From NCBI GenBank assembly GCA_012295275.1, contig CM022670.1, positions 10,602,001 to 10,666,000 of the forward strand: 64,000 bases of DNA, in the 5' to 3' direction. The position numbers and the translations under genes are program-made. The notes under the pieces were generated by a model. The model made no database searches. It was not told where the DNA came from and was given only the letters and a program-made list of their open reading frames with translations. Shown one piece after another: positions 27,363 through 40,365 of the stretch (positions are counted from its first letter, which is position 1; every line of letters begins with the position of its first letter). Source of the DNA: Chrysomallon squamiferum. Its lineage: Eukaryota > Animalia > Mollusca.

Positions 27363-27638
27363 ATGAATGAACATCGCAGTAGAAGCTGCATGGCTATAAA
27401 AACGCCATGCATTAAACAGAAATCGTCAGCTTCCATTGCTGAGCCGCAACAAGAACTCCGATCGCAGACGTCATGTTCTGAAAAAATACAGCGAGTTCGC
27501 TTCAAAGAAACCAGCTTGAAACGTCCGAGAAAAAAACACATGGTTCCCCTAGCGCCGTGTTCTGACACCTTCAGACAGGTTCTTCTGGAACTAGGAATAG
27601 ATATGCATGCAGATACAATGGAAGAAGAAGATGAATAA
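27363..27638 (+). CDS. Intronless orphan ORF-B (91 aa) with RVRF motif, basic NLS-like segment and acidic tail
   Basis: AACAATG context with an in-frame stop 6 nt upstream; GC-richer island; KIQRVRF, KRPRKK and C-terminal EEEDE; AATAAA near 27709 and 27750. Confidence 0.55.
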   Translation: MNEHRSRSCMAIKTPCIKQKSSASIAEPQQELRSQTSCSEKIQRVRFKETSLKRPRKKHMVPLAPCSDTFRQVLLELGIDMHADTMEEEDE

Positions 27639-29793
27639 TACAAACTTAATGGGAATTCGATTTTTCGAGATACTTTTGCAGTGGCTTTAGTACTTTCTTT
27701 TGTTTGTGAATAAAAAACGCGAAAATTCAGACTTGTATTCATGTTTACGAATAAAGGAATGCTTCTTTGGATTTAGATAGGGTAAGGATAGAAGGTACTG
27801 GATGATGAAATAGAGATTTATTCTTGTTTATAATCATGGCTGGGTTTAGTTAGACATGTTGGTGCTTTAAAATCTGAGATAATTCTGGATGTACGTTTTG
27901 TATAAATTGACAGAGACTAAGACGATGTTAATTACTGTTCAGGTCGCATCAGTTTGTGCTAGGAAGTGTGAAATAATATAACCTGGCAATGACTGAAATT
28001 CGCTCTTCTAAGAATGAGGCTGAACTATTTCTGGTTTAACGTACCCATATACATGCAGCAGTATAAGAGACTACAGAAAAACTAAAATACAATAAGCCTT
28101 GAAATAAAACAAACTCTTTATGGTGACAGAGGAAAAAGACTTGTCCATTACAGGTTTACATAATAAAAATATATTTTAAGTATTTATTCACCTGAATTAT
28201 TGATGTCAAATTATTTTAAAGTTGTATTAAAAATACTTTTTTTTTTTTACTTTTAACAGATATTTTTATTCTTTGAAAATCAGTTACTACGTTTCTGGTT
28301 GGGCGAACCTAAAATATAATTTTTGATAAAATGTGTGTGCGTTAGTGCGTGCAGAGAAACTGTTACTTTACGTAGACATAATATTGCATAATGCACATTA
28401 TTTAAAATGAATAGTCTAAACGATAACAATAAGTAGTTTTATTACTAGATGAAGATATTACTGTCAGCCTCTTGTATTCGGGGATTTTACTGTAAAAATA
28501 TCATTCTGTATTGCGTATTAATGAATCTGTTAAAACATGGTATTCTTTAAAACTTTCGATAGCACATCATTTGACTAACACGCCATTGGTTACTGGATCA
28601 GTCCTCTGCGGTACGTTCTTCGAGCCCTTCGATGTTCAGTGATGAGATTACAAAAGCCAGTAGAAAGTGTTTATAAAAATTAAAAATTTAGAATCATTCT
28701 TATTTGATTATGACTGGAGCATAATAATAAAAATAATAATAATTATTATAATAATAATAATAATAATAATAAAATCATGATTATTTCTTATAAATCTGAT
28801 AAAATAAAATGTTTGCAAGTTTTGTCATATAGAGTGCAATTATAAATGTGATTATCCTCTAGAAAATATTATCATTCTTTTATTTTTTTTTTTTTTTGTA
28901 ATTAGATTTGTTATATATTAATTAACATCACAACAAATATGATTAAATTTAATATACTTTTAAATATTTAAAATAAACGCGCAATACTATGTTTTGTTGA
29001 AGAGGTCGACATACTGTATTTTTATGTTTTAAATATAACTACACGACAACGACGACGACAACAACAATAAAAATAATTTTAAAATAATTTTATAAAGATT
29101 AAATATAAAGAAAATAAACTAATTTTGGTAACAAACAGGACTGTCAGCGAAGAGAATCGATCCACAGAACTACTAAACTTCAGTCCTACTGTACTGATTA
29201 TTTTTAATGAGAAAATTTCTAATTACACCTTGTTTAACTCTTTCTTTTCGGGCAGTTTTAATGTCACAGTCCAAAGTTCACGTTATTGATGTCTTACTTA
29301 TTTACGACTTCGACGCGTGTCAGGGAAAGAAGGTTTGATCAGCTCAGTACTTCAGTGCCCACGTCTAGTCAGTCATATTTTACTACAAAAATAAATAAAA
29401 ACCTCTCGTACTTCACAAGGTTTGTGTAGCACGTGTTTTACAACTGGTCGACTTACGTTTGGCTAACTGCCATTTAAACAGTCGTAACGATTCGTGATAA
29501 TTGGTTTCAAGGAGTCACGGGACTTTCAGATCAAAAGTGTTTGACTGGAAGATTATTCAATAGCGAAACATCTCGGAAAGAAAGTCGTCGTCGATTCCGA
29601 GTTTTGTTTGTGACAGAAAAATAAAACTTAAAAAAAAAAAAAAAAAAAATGGAATTTAGAATTAAAGTTCGAATGGACTAGATTTTCAGACATGACGATA
29701 GAAAATTCTTTCGTCTGCTTTAGCATTTGAGACTATTGCCTGCTGTATTCAATCAAGAAGAAGAAAAAAAGAAGAAAAAAAAAACAAAACAAT

Positions 29794-30393
29794 ATGCCAC
29801 CAAACTGTGAGGTATGCTCAAACCATGTTTTTTCTGGAAGAGCTCCTAGTTTGATGTGTATTTGTGAAAATGAAAAGAATTTAAAAGAGAAAGAAAACAC
29901 CGTTGACATTAATGAAGACAATCGAGAACGATTCAACAGCAAGCCTCTTCCTCTTTTAACCCAGTCATCCAGAGAGTTCAGACAAGCACTGAATTTTTTG
30001 CATCAAAATTCAGAACCAAACGACGACCAAAACGAAGATTCAGTCGAACAACAGGTATCGCTGTTACCAGACATAAACACATTTAACGCACAGAAGCCGA
30101 TCGGAATCATATCGAATAATGCAACCAGTTACGCTAAAAGCAAAAAGGCGCAAGACTTGGAAATCGACCCTTCTTGGAGACAGTCGAATGATAAAGAGTA
30201 TTTTCCGTGCATTTACGCGCACACAAAAAGGAAAGAAGCCAAAAATGTGGCACGACAAAGAAGTTTCCGAGTGCTCAAATCCGTATGGTGGGCAGACGAA
30301 ATACCGGAATTGCAGCTAACAACCATCTACATCATCAACTGTCGACCGAATAGAATTTCTTTGCCATCTGTGAAAACATCTACTTGGTATTAG
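29794..30393 (+). CDS. Intronless orphan ORF-C (199 aa), candidate PP1-docking protein
   Basis: 600-nt open frame in very AT-rich DNA; CAATATG context; KSVWWADEIPELQLTTIYII near the C-terminus; AATAAA near 30770. Confidence 0.7.
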   Translation: MPPNCEVCSNHVFSGRAPSLMCICENEKNLKEKENTVDINEDNRERFNSKPLPLLTQSSREFRQALNFLHQNSEPNDDQNEDSVEQQVSLLPDINTFNAQKPIGIISNNATSYAKSKKAQDLEIDPSWRQSNDKEYFPCIYAHTKRKEAKNVARQRSFRVLKSVWWADEIPELQLTTIYIINCRPNRISLPSVKTSTWY

Positions 30394-31004
30394 ACATTAT
30401 TTTACTCTTTTTTCAAAGAAAAAAACAAAAAACAAAAACAAAACAAATATCGCTATAATATAATATATTTCCGTGTGCTTAAGAACTAAACTGGCAACTT
30501 TATTTGTCTAATAATTACTTTAGGAAAGAAATTTTTGGATCACAGAACAGTATATAAATGCTTTTGAATTTCAAGTAAACAGAAATAATGTTCAAAATGT
30601 GTCCAGCTATGCATATATGATATATAAAATCTTAACATACAATTTTTACGAAACAAATAGTAGTGCAAAATATAACTACTAGATCTAGATTTATGTAAAT
30701 TTGGTTTTTGGGTTTTGGGTTTTTTTTATTTGTTCATAAGTTAACAGGTACGTCAATGCATTAAAATATAATAAATAAAATTTTAGCTGTAGTTACTAAT
30801 ATACTTATTAAGAAGTTATTTACTGTACAGAATTGTTTATGTAATTCCTCCATTGTTACGAATTACAAAATTGCAAAACTGCTACTGTTATTATTACTGC
30901 ATATCGACTATTGTGAATATATAATAACACTGTATAATTCTGTAACTTTGATGTCAGTTTATGAGAGAAAAAAAAAATGATCTTCTTTAACCGGCATCCG
31001 TTTC

Positions 31005-31784
<780 letters not shown>

Positions 31785-32304
31785 TATTCCCCCCTTTATA
31801 ATTTTTATCTGTAACTACAAACATATCTACCTACCTGGAGACCAAAAAATTAAGAAAGTGGCAAATATTGTTTTGTTGTTTCTTTACAAGTAGAAAAACG
31901 AAATCTTAAAAGGCACTTGCTATAACATCATTACTGAAATATTTTCCCCACACAACCGAAACTAGGTATTTTTAACAACTATATTTACTTAGCACAGGAG
32001 AAGCAAACAATACTTTTCTTTAGTGTTGAATTGTTTGTCTCTGAAATGTGATGAATGGGTAATTGTTGATTTCTTTCTAGATCAGTGTCCTATTGTTGAC
32101 TTAACAGTATATGTAATCTCTGTCTGTTTTATCACTGCTATTGTCGTTTATTTATTACCAGTCATCAAACTACAACACGAGAATACTTAAGCTTGATATT
32201 TTGCCAACAAGGGCAAATTGTCACAAATTGTGCATGGACAACAGAATTCAATTCACGAAGGAGAGATTATTCAAAATAATAATAATAATAATAATAATTT
32301 AATT

Positions 32305-32369
<65 letters not shown>

Positions 32370-33284
32370 TTATTTATATATATATGCATTATATCTGACA
32401 CTTTCATTCAGATAAAATATTTGTTCTGAATTTCTTCTAAAATTGTTTTCAGTATAGTGATTAATAATTATATATATATTTCAAAAAATTTAATACTTTT
32501 TTATAATAAGCTTTTATTATACAAAATTGTGTACCAGTAAATAGTAATCAGATTAAAAGTGGAGTGTAAAAAGGAAAAATGACTGCGTAGTGAATAGTTA
32601 AAAAAAAGAAAAAAAAGTTTAAATAATGATTTGTAAAGATTAGAAGACACACACACACATTGATAAGTTAACATATACAATTTTAAAAAGTAATATTTTT
32701 TAAAGGCTGAACGGACAATATGTTTAAGAAAAAAATCTTAGGCACCAGTCAAAAAAAAAAAAAAAAAAAAAAAAAAGAAAAAAAAAAGAAGAAAAGAATA
32801 ATAAAAAGTACAAATAAATTTTAATGCATATATTCAAAATGAAAAATGTTTTTAATTTGAAAATGTGATATTTTATCGAAACGAAATAAAATAATTCCTA
32901 CGGAAACTAATTTATTATTCACGTGAGAGCGATAAGTAAATATATAGTTTACAAAGTCGATTAAATGTTAACAAGCAGCTCTTGGTTTTATTGCTGACGA
33001 TAAAATATTATTTTAAGTCAAAAGTACTCGAATATTTGTATGTTCTTGTCACGTGGCTTAAGAAGCCGCAGTTCTAGAGTACTTGTTTATGACAAGTCGC
33101 TAAATTTAAACTTTATTACTTATTTTTATTACATCACATGAGATCAGGTTTAAGGTGACCAATAAAGTTTATGTGTCACAACGTGTACGTTCTGTTTAAA
33201 ATGATTTATTTAGTATTGTAGATGATGATTAGTACTGTTTTAATACATTTTTTTTTATTTATTTACTTATATATATATATATAG

Positions 33285-33555
33285 GCTATGTTTTGCTGTG
33301 CCTTGCTGTGCTTTGCTCTGACTTGCTGTGCCTTGTTGTGGCGTACCTTGCTGTGCTATGCCTTGCTGTGCCTTACTGAACCTTGCTGCGCAGTGCTGTG
33401 CCGTACCCTTGCTGTGCTGAGCCTAGCTATGCTGTCTTGTGCCTTTTTACTATGAAATATTATATTATATTATGTTATGTTATGTTATGTTATGTTATGT
33501 TATGTTATGTTATGTTATGTTATGTTATGTTATGTTATGATTATGTTATGTTATA
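33285..33555. repeat. Compound pentanucleotide repeat (CTGTG/CCTTG grading into TATGT)
   Basis: Visible directly. Confidence 0.9.
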
Positions 33556-35159
33556 TTATATTATTGTTTTGACGAATGATAGTATTATTATCCATTGACT
33601 GCGAGTAAAAAGGCTTTCCTAGTTCAGTTGTACGGTCAGGATATATCATTGTCTCTAAACAGCAATGTTCAGTTCAAATTGTAAAGAAGTAACAACGACC
33701 ATCTTCAAGTCAACTTGACACAAATAAATAAATAAATAAAGAAAGAAAGAAAAAGAAAAAAAGAAGAATTTAATGACGACAATAAACTGAATCACAAGCG
33801 GTGCTTAAAAACAACGGCCCATAAAACGTATATTATTATTGCCTGGTGTGTCTTCTATAATGGCATACAGTGAAGTAGGGGAAACAAAACCCATATATAT
33901 AGTCTATTTGAGACCGAATTTTAAATGCTGTTTTGTTTTGCCTTCTTTCTTGTTTCTTTCTGTATTTTCTTTTCTTTTTCATGTTCAGTTTACAATCATT
34001 TTCTTTTATTCAACAATAATAGTAGTTTAATTCATCATTCCTGTCTTAAGCTAAATATAATAAGAAATTTTGTAAAGGAGTATCTTATAAATGCGTAATT
34101 TATTACATGATAACATTGTATATATATATAAATAAATATATATATATATATATTATTTATTTACTTTTTGTTGTTGTTGTTATTGAGCAAAGTTATAAAA
34201 AATTGATTCATAATTTCGTATGTATAATAATGCTTAAAACATAGTGTTCCAAATTCACCGATTTCTTAATAACCAGAATATTTTTAAATGAGTCCATAAA
34301 AAGAATACACTTTTGAATTGTACTTGATACAAGATATTTCAAGCTTATAATATTAAACAACAAATAAATAACTGAAAAGTGTTATAAATCATTTTGTTCT
34401 TTCTTTATTATTTTTCAGCGTTTCATTCATATCCCTTTCTCTCTCTATATATATATCTCCTCTTTCTGTCTCTCGCTCTTTCTATCTCTGTCTCTTACAC
34501 AAGCATACACACTGAGAATGTATAACAATTACAGCGAGACAAATAAAGAACTAACATCCATTTAACAACAAATCACCAGAATATTAAAATATCATCGACT
34601 GAATGCTCCTTGTACATTGCGTGAAAATATATACACCAGGCTTTCTATTATGGATAACTCTCGAAAACCTATGACATATCGCGCCGTATTTGAGTTGTCT
34701 GCCGCTGAATTACTCTTCTCCGAGAAATACAGAAACATTTATTTTTTATGCTCACTCAGTCTTTGCATGTTATTTATAAATACTATTTCAGTAACAACTG
34801 TTTATTTTCCTTCCTATATGTTAACCCTTAACTACTGTCATAATAGTCATCACTGGCAACAACTACAACAATATCATAATAGTTAATATATTTATAAGAA
34901 TAAGCAAAATGGTAACATACAATGATTCATGTTTTGTTTTGTCAACTGCTTCTGCGATCCTTGGTATTAAAAACAATATTTTTGTTCATTTTTATTACTG
35001 AATAATGAAATCTAAGTAATCATTTTAATTTTAATCTGTTACTATGAATCATATCAGGTTTATTTCCCATTATATGATTGATTCAAGGAGGGTCGAATTC
35101 ACTAAATTTAATTTGTGAAGTGACATATCTAAAAGGAGCAATTTACGCTAAAATACAAA

Positions 35160-35258
35160 TTTGATTCCATTTCCGGGCTTCGGGAGTTTTCCACGCGTTT
35201 TTTTGTTTGTGTATTTTAAAAATATTTCACATTTTGACCGTTGTACTTCTATATTTCG
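35160..35258 (+). promoter_or_regulatory. Probable TMEM33 promoter and non-coding first exon
   Basis: CpG/ETS-like ATTTCCGGG near 35169; donor CG|GTAAGA at 35259; acceptor TTTCAG at 35816, 18 nt before ATG 35835. Confidence 0.5.
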
Positions 35259-35834
35259 GTAAGAGACAAACCGATAGTTTATTCTGTATTTTAATACTTC
35301 TAAAAATGCTATTTCATTCTAAATTAACATTATTTTATTATTCTCAAGCTTTCATTTTCACTTCATACTATAGTATAAATAAATATTCAATATTTTTGAA
35401 ATCTTTATTCTAATTATTTATTGGAATCGTGAGCCTTCTCTTATTAAATAATCTATGAATGCGGTTTTCATTTATAGATCAATGATAATTTTTGTTGTTT
35501 ATCTAAACACTAATTTATAAAAACATAATGATAATCATTAAGTTTAAACATAAATGTGTTTTAATGATATGATGCTTTCAACTAAGCCAAAAAGGAAAAA
35601 ATGATTTTAAAAAAAAGTAATAAAAGAACGAAAGAAAGAAAAAAAAAAAGAAGAAAATCACACCAGCATCTAATAAATGTAGGAAATATGTATGCCACTG
35701 ACTGCAGTGACTGTTTTACTTGAAATACATTGTTACATATTTTAGTTTTTGTTCATATTTTTAATCTCTATTTTATGTTTTGTTATTTATTTATTTATTT
35801 ATTTTTCTATTTTCAGAAAAGCTAACTGATTAAA

Positions 35835-38729
35835 ATGGCAGAACCTGCAGACGAAAATGAACAGACTACACCTAATCAACAACGGACAAGACCACCAGGC
35901 AATGCCATACTGGTAATTCAGATTAAATTTTTCTTTCATAAATGATAAAATATACATTTTTCAAATTACTGTTACCCTGAGACTGAGACATACACGAAAT
36001 TTTAAAAAGAAACAGAAAAAAAGACTCACCTCCCTCTCAGATACACTCAACATATTTTTTTATTTTCTGGTTATAATGTATCATATATACATATTTAAAA
36101 ATGTACCAGTAATGAGAATTATCCACATGAGTAATGCATACTACTATTATCTTTTAAGTAACATAAGTGGAAATAGGATGAGATTTTCTTTTTTCCATTA
36201 TTACTGCAGTGAATCCTTAAACTTCTACTTTTTCATTTCAGAATTTTATGATGGATAACAAAGTTGCAGCTGCTCTGTGGTTCACTAGGATTTTCACTGT
36301 TATATGTACAGTTCTCTACATGATTCCAATCCTTGGGTGAGTTAATTAATTTAATACTCAGTATTTGTTTAAATTAAAATTTATCATAAATGTGATTAAT
36401 ATTTATATTTCATTTTATTTGTTTTTACATCATAATGTTTGCTAATGACAAATGTAATAATGATAATCTGCTAAGTCTTTGAAGATGGCGAACCATCAGA
36501 GATTTTGTTTTTGTTTTTCTGATTTAATTTCATATGTTGAAACTTGTGTGCAATGATATGTGAAAGTGTAGTAAATAATCTTTTTTTCTTGTTTGTTTTG
36601 TTACACATATTGCTGAATTCAATCTTAGGACTGATTGAGAATCAAGTTATATTTTGTAAATGGTTTTTGTCATGACATAAGCTAATTTTCTTTATTTGGA
36701 GTTTGAAAGTGGCCTTGCAACATCACAACAGGCTGTGATCAAATTTCATTTCCTAACACATTTCATAAATGTTTATTAAGCAATAATTAAAGAGAAGTAA
36801 ATGGCATATTTTTCTTACCTTTTTTTAAATTAGTATTTATTTCAATTCTAGTTATACCACACAATCAGTTTTTTTTCTATAAATGCCAGTTGGTTTAGTT
36901 TTCTCAGTAAACAAATTTTAAACTGTTTTATACTGTTTTTAAAGATTATCAATATTTACGTTGTTTTCGTAAAACAGTTAGTGTTTCTTTTTCAGTGGTA
37001 ATCCACACAGCTACTACAACCGTGCACTGATCAGCAGTGCAGCCACAAGTGCACTGCGTCTTCACCAGCGCCTGCCCAGAGTCCAGTTCAGTCGAGAATT
37101 TTTGGCCAAGCTGTTTCTGGAAGACAGTTGTCACTATTTGTTGTTTGCCATCATTTTCATCAACAGTCACCCCAACACAAGTATCCTTTATTTAGTTTTT
37201 AATTATTATTATTATTTTTTTTTTTTTAAAGAAAAAAGTAATTTATTTACGGAATGATTGCCTTTTAAATTATTTTTTGTTATATTTATTGTTTAGGTAA
37301 AAAATTTCATTTATTGTTATTGCTGTTTTTTAAAAATGTTCTATCGAAAGCCTACTAAATTCGGATTGCTTAGATTTATTTAATAAGCTTTTAATATTTT
37401 GTTAACAGGGAACAGATCCATAGTTAACCATGCATTAAAACTTAGGATATGAATTGTATTCCATAATTTTGTGGGCAGCAGGTTAGATGCTGATGTGGCA
37501 CCTGTTTACATTAACATTTTATTATATTTTGTATGAGATATTTATCAGCAGCAAAAATATATTTTCTGAGATTATGAAAATAGTTCTCAATTTTCTAATG
37601 ATACATACAGGTTTTGGTTGAGAGACAGATTTAGGGGGAAAAAAGCAGTGGTAATTAAATTTGCTTTGGAGTGAATTATTGTCACATCACAGAAATGTAA
37701 TGTGTTTTTGTCACAGCTGTGATCATGTGACAATATCTGTTCAAGCCATCTCTGGCACAGCATTGCATCCTGTATTGATCTGTGTCACTGGATCAATAAT
37801 CTGTTAGTGTGAAAGTGATAACTGCAACATAGCAGTCTGTGCATCTACTTGATAGAGTATTTACTTTAGACATAACGTGTGGTCAATTGTAGGATCAGTC
37901 CTCATAAAGGGGACAGATGGTTATTTCCTTATCCAGTGAAATCATCTTAAAATGTGTTTCCATGTCTGTCAGAAGATATATATTAAAAAATTGATATATA
38001 ACTGATAAGAATGGTGAATTATTATTATTTATTTATTTATTTATTTATTATTTATTTATTACTTACGGTGGGGTTGTTGTTGTTGTTTTTCCTGGATGTC
38101 ATTATTGATAAATTTAATTACAAAAATATACACATTCAGAAACCATCAATATAAAATATATGTATATGTATATATACTGAAATAGCTTAAACACACATGC
38201 ATTCTTTTCTTTATAGTAATGCATTTTACCAACAAAAAATATATATATATATATATATATATTCTGTTTGTATATTTACCTTAACCATTTCCAGTGGCAC
38301 TTGTTCCAGTTTTCCTCTTTGGACTTCTTCATGCTTCTACTTACACAATCAGCATTCTTAATGTGAGTCCATTAGTCTTTGAAAAAATATTCAAATTAAA
38401 AAATACAGTAAATGACTTGAATAATTATTTTTCTAATGCAGTCAGTTATGTAAAATATTCTTACAAGCACTGAAAACATGTAGATCTGTGTTTAAACAAT
38501 ATTCACATAACTATTAATCAAGTTCTAAATTAACTGGTTACAATATCATAATGAAATTTAAAAAAAACAGAAATTAAAAACAAATGTAATATATTTTATT
38601 TTTATATTTTTATCCTTGTTAAACGAACAACATAAAGTAATATTCCATTTCATTGAAACCAAATAATAATAATAATAAGGATAAATACAATAAAATTGCT
38701 AAAAATGTTATAAGACATATATGTGTGTG

Positions 38730-38774
<45 letters not shown>

Positions 38775-40365
38775 TTTTAGTTGATGGGACCACAGTCTAT
38801 GATGTTTTTAAGAAACATGCTGATCAAACTACAAGCTCAGCAAGTCAACATTCTGCGGTTTATTGCCTGTAATGAGATATTTCTCATGTTGGCCATTATT
38901 GCCATGATGTTCAGGTCAGTTCCCACTCACTTTATATTTCTCAGTAAAACACTTTTCCTTTCTTTTTATTTATTCTTTTAAAATTCTTTTTATATCTTTT
39001 ATCCAGTTTTCATATTATATATTTTTAACACATATTTTGTCATTTAAAAAAAAAAAAAAAAAAATTCATTTTGTTATATGTATTTTTTTCTTTCATTAAA
39101 AAAAAAAGTTTTTTTATTAATTATTTATTTATATTTATTATTTACTGTCACATTCTGCAAAAACTAACATTGAAATTTGTACATAAAATTTATTTTTTAA
39201 ATTGTATGTTTTATGTTGTATAAGATTTGTTAATACTATTGTTTTCTCTGTTTTCAGTGGAAAAGCCAGTTTAATTCTGCCATTTGTTTATTACCGATTC
39301 CTCACTCTTCGATATGCCTCTGTGCGAAATCCATATTCCAGGTTAGTGAATAGGATTTATTTTCTTTCTTTCTTGACAACCAGTTACGCTTCATTTAATC
39401 AAACCAGCTGTTCTCTCAGGTATTAAAAAACATGTTGATTCGATTGTTGATACAGCTTTATTAAGTGTATAATAGGAATAATGTTAAAGGTTATTTTGGT
39501 TGTTCAGATAATTCAGTTTGAATACAGAACAGAAATCAACTTAGTGGCAGAATAACTACCTGAGAAATTTGAGTCTTTAGCAAGTTTAAGTCAGACATTC
39601 TTAGTTAGCCTGTCAATTAACTTCTTTCTTTTTTTTTTTTTTTTTATTGTGTGTGTGTGTGTGTGTGTGTAAATAATCTTTTTTAAAAACAGACAGCAGC
39701 AAATTTTCTATAATGACATCAAGTAAATGATAAAATGTGCTACTACAGTGTTCTTTTGTCCAAGACACTACATTTCAGCTGAGGCTGGTTTGTGTATTTT
39801 TACAATAAAAGATCAAGGGGATAGTTTGACACGTATTACAAACCAATATGGAATTATAAAAAAAAAATCTTTTTTTATTCTTCGGTGCAAGCTGGTTTGT
39901 ATTTTTTGTAAATGCAAAACTGGTGGATAAATTTGACATGTATTAGTAACCAACTAAGTATTATACACAAATTAATTCTTCAATGCACAATGACCTGGAT
40001 ACTTTTTAAATGCAGAACAAATGGATACATTTAACATTATTTCTGGCCAACTTGGGCTGTAGGATATGTTTATCTTATATGATTGTTAATATTTGTCTTA
40101 TTAAAAAAAAAAAAATTTAATTCAGGACATTACATACTAGCCACAGTGAGATCTAGGATATGTTTATTTCATGTCACTGTTAATGTTTTTTTTTTTCATT
40201 TAAAAAAAAATTAAATTTTATTTCAGGACACTATTCAGTGAATTAAGGATGACTGTGGAATATGTATGCAGCAAACCACAGTGTCCCGGCGTTGTGCGAA
40301 ACATCGCATACAAATGCATTTCACTTATAAGTCGACTGGCACCAGTTGTCGCCACAGGACAATAA
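35835..40365 (+). CDS. TMEM33: Transmembrane protein 33 (Pom33/Krueppel homolog 2 family), 260 aa
   Basis: Coding exons 35835-35912, 36242-36336, 36996-37180, 38295-38362, 38781-38914, 39258-39341, 40227-40365 with consistent phases. Motifs SALRLHQRLP, LEDSCHYL, NILRFIACNEIFLM, PFVYYRFLTLRY, RNPYSRTLFSELR, ISRLAP. Confidence 0.95.
37181..38294 (+). other. U12-type (minor spliceosome) GT-AG intron in TMEM33
   Basis: 5' site GTATCCTTT; branch-point-like TTTACCTTAAC at 38275-38285, about 10 nt before the CAG; no long polypyrimidine tract between branch point and acceptor. Confidence 0.9.
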
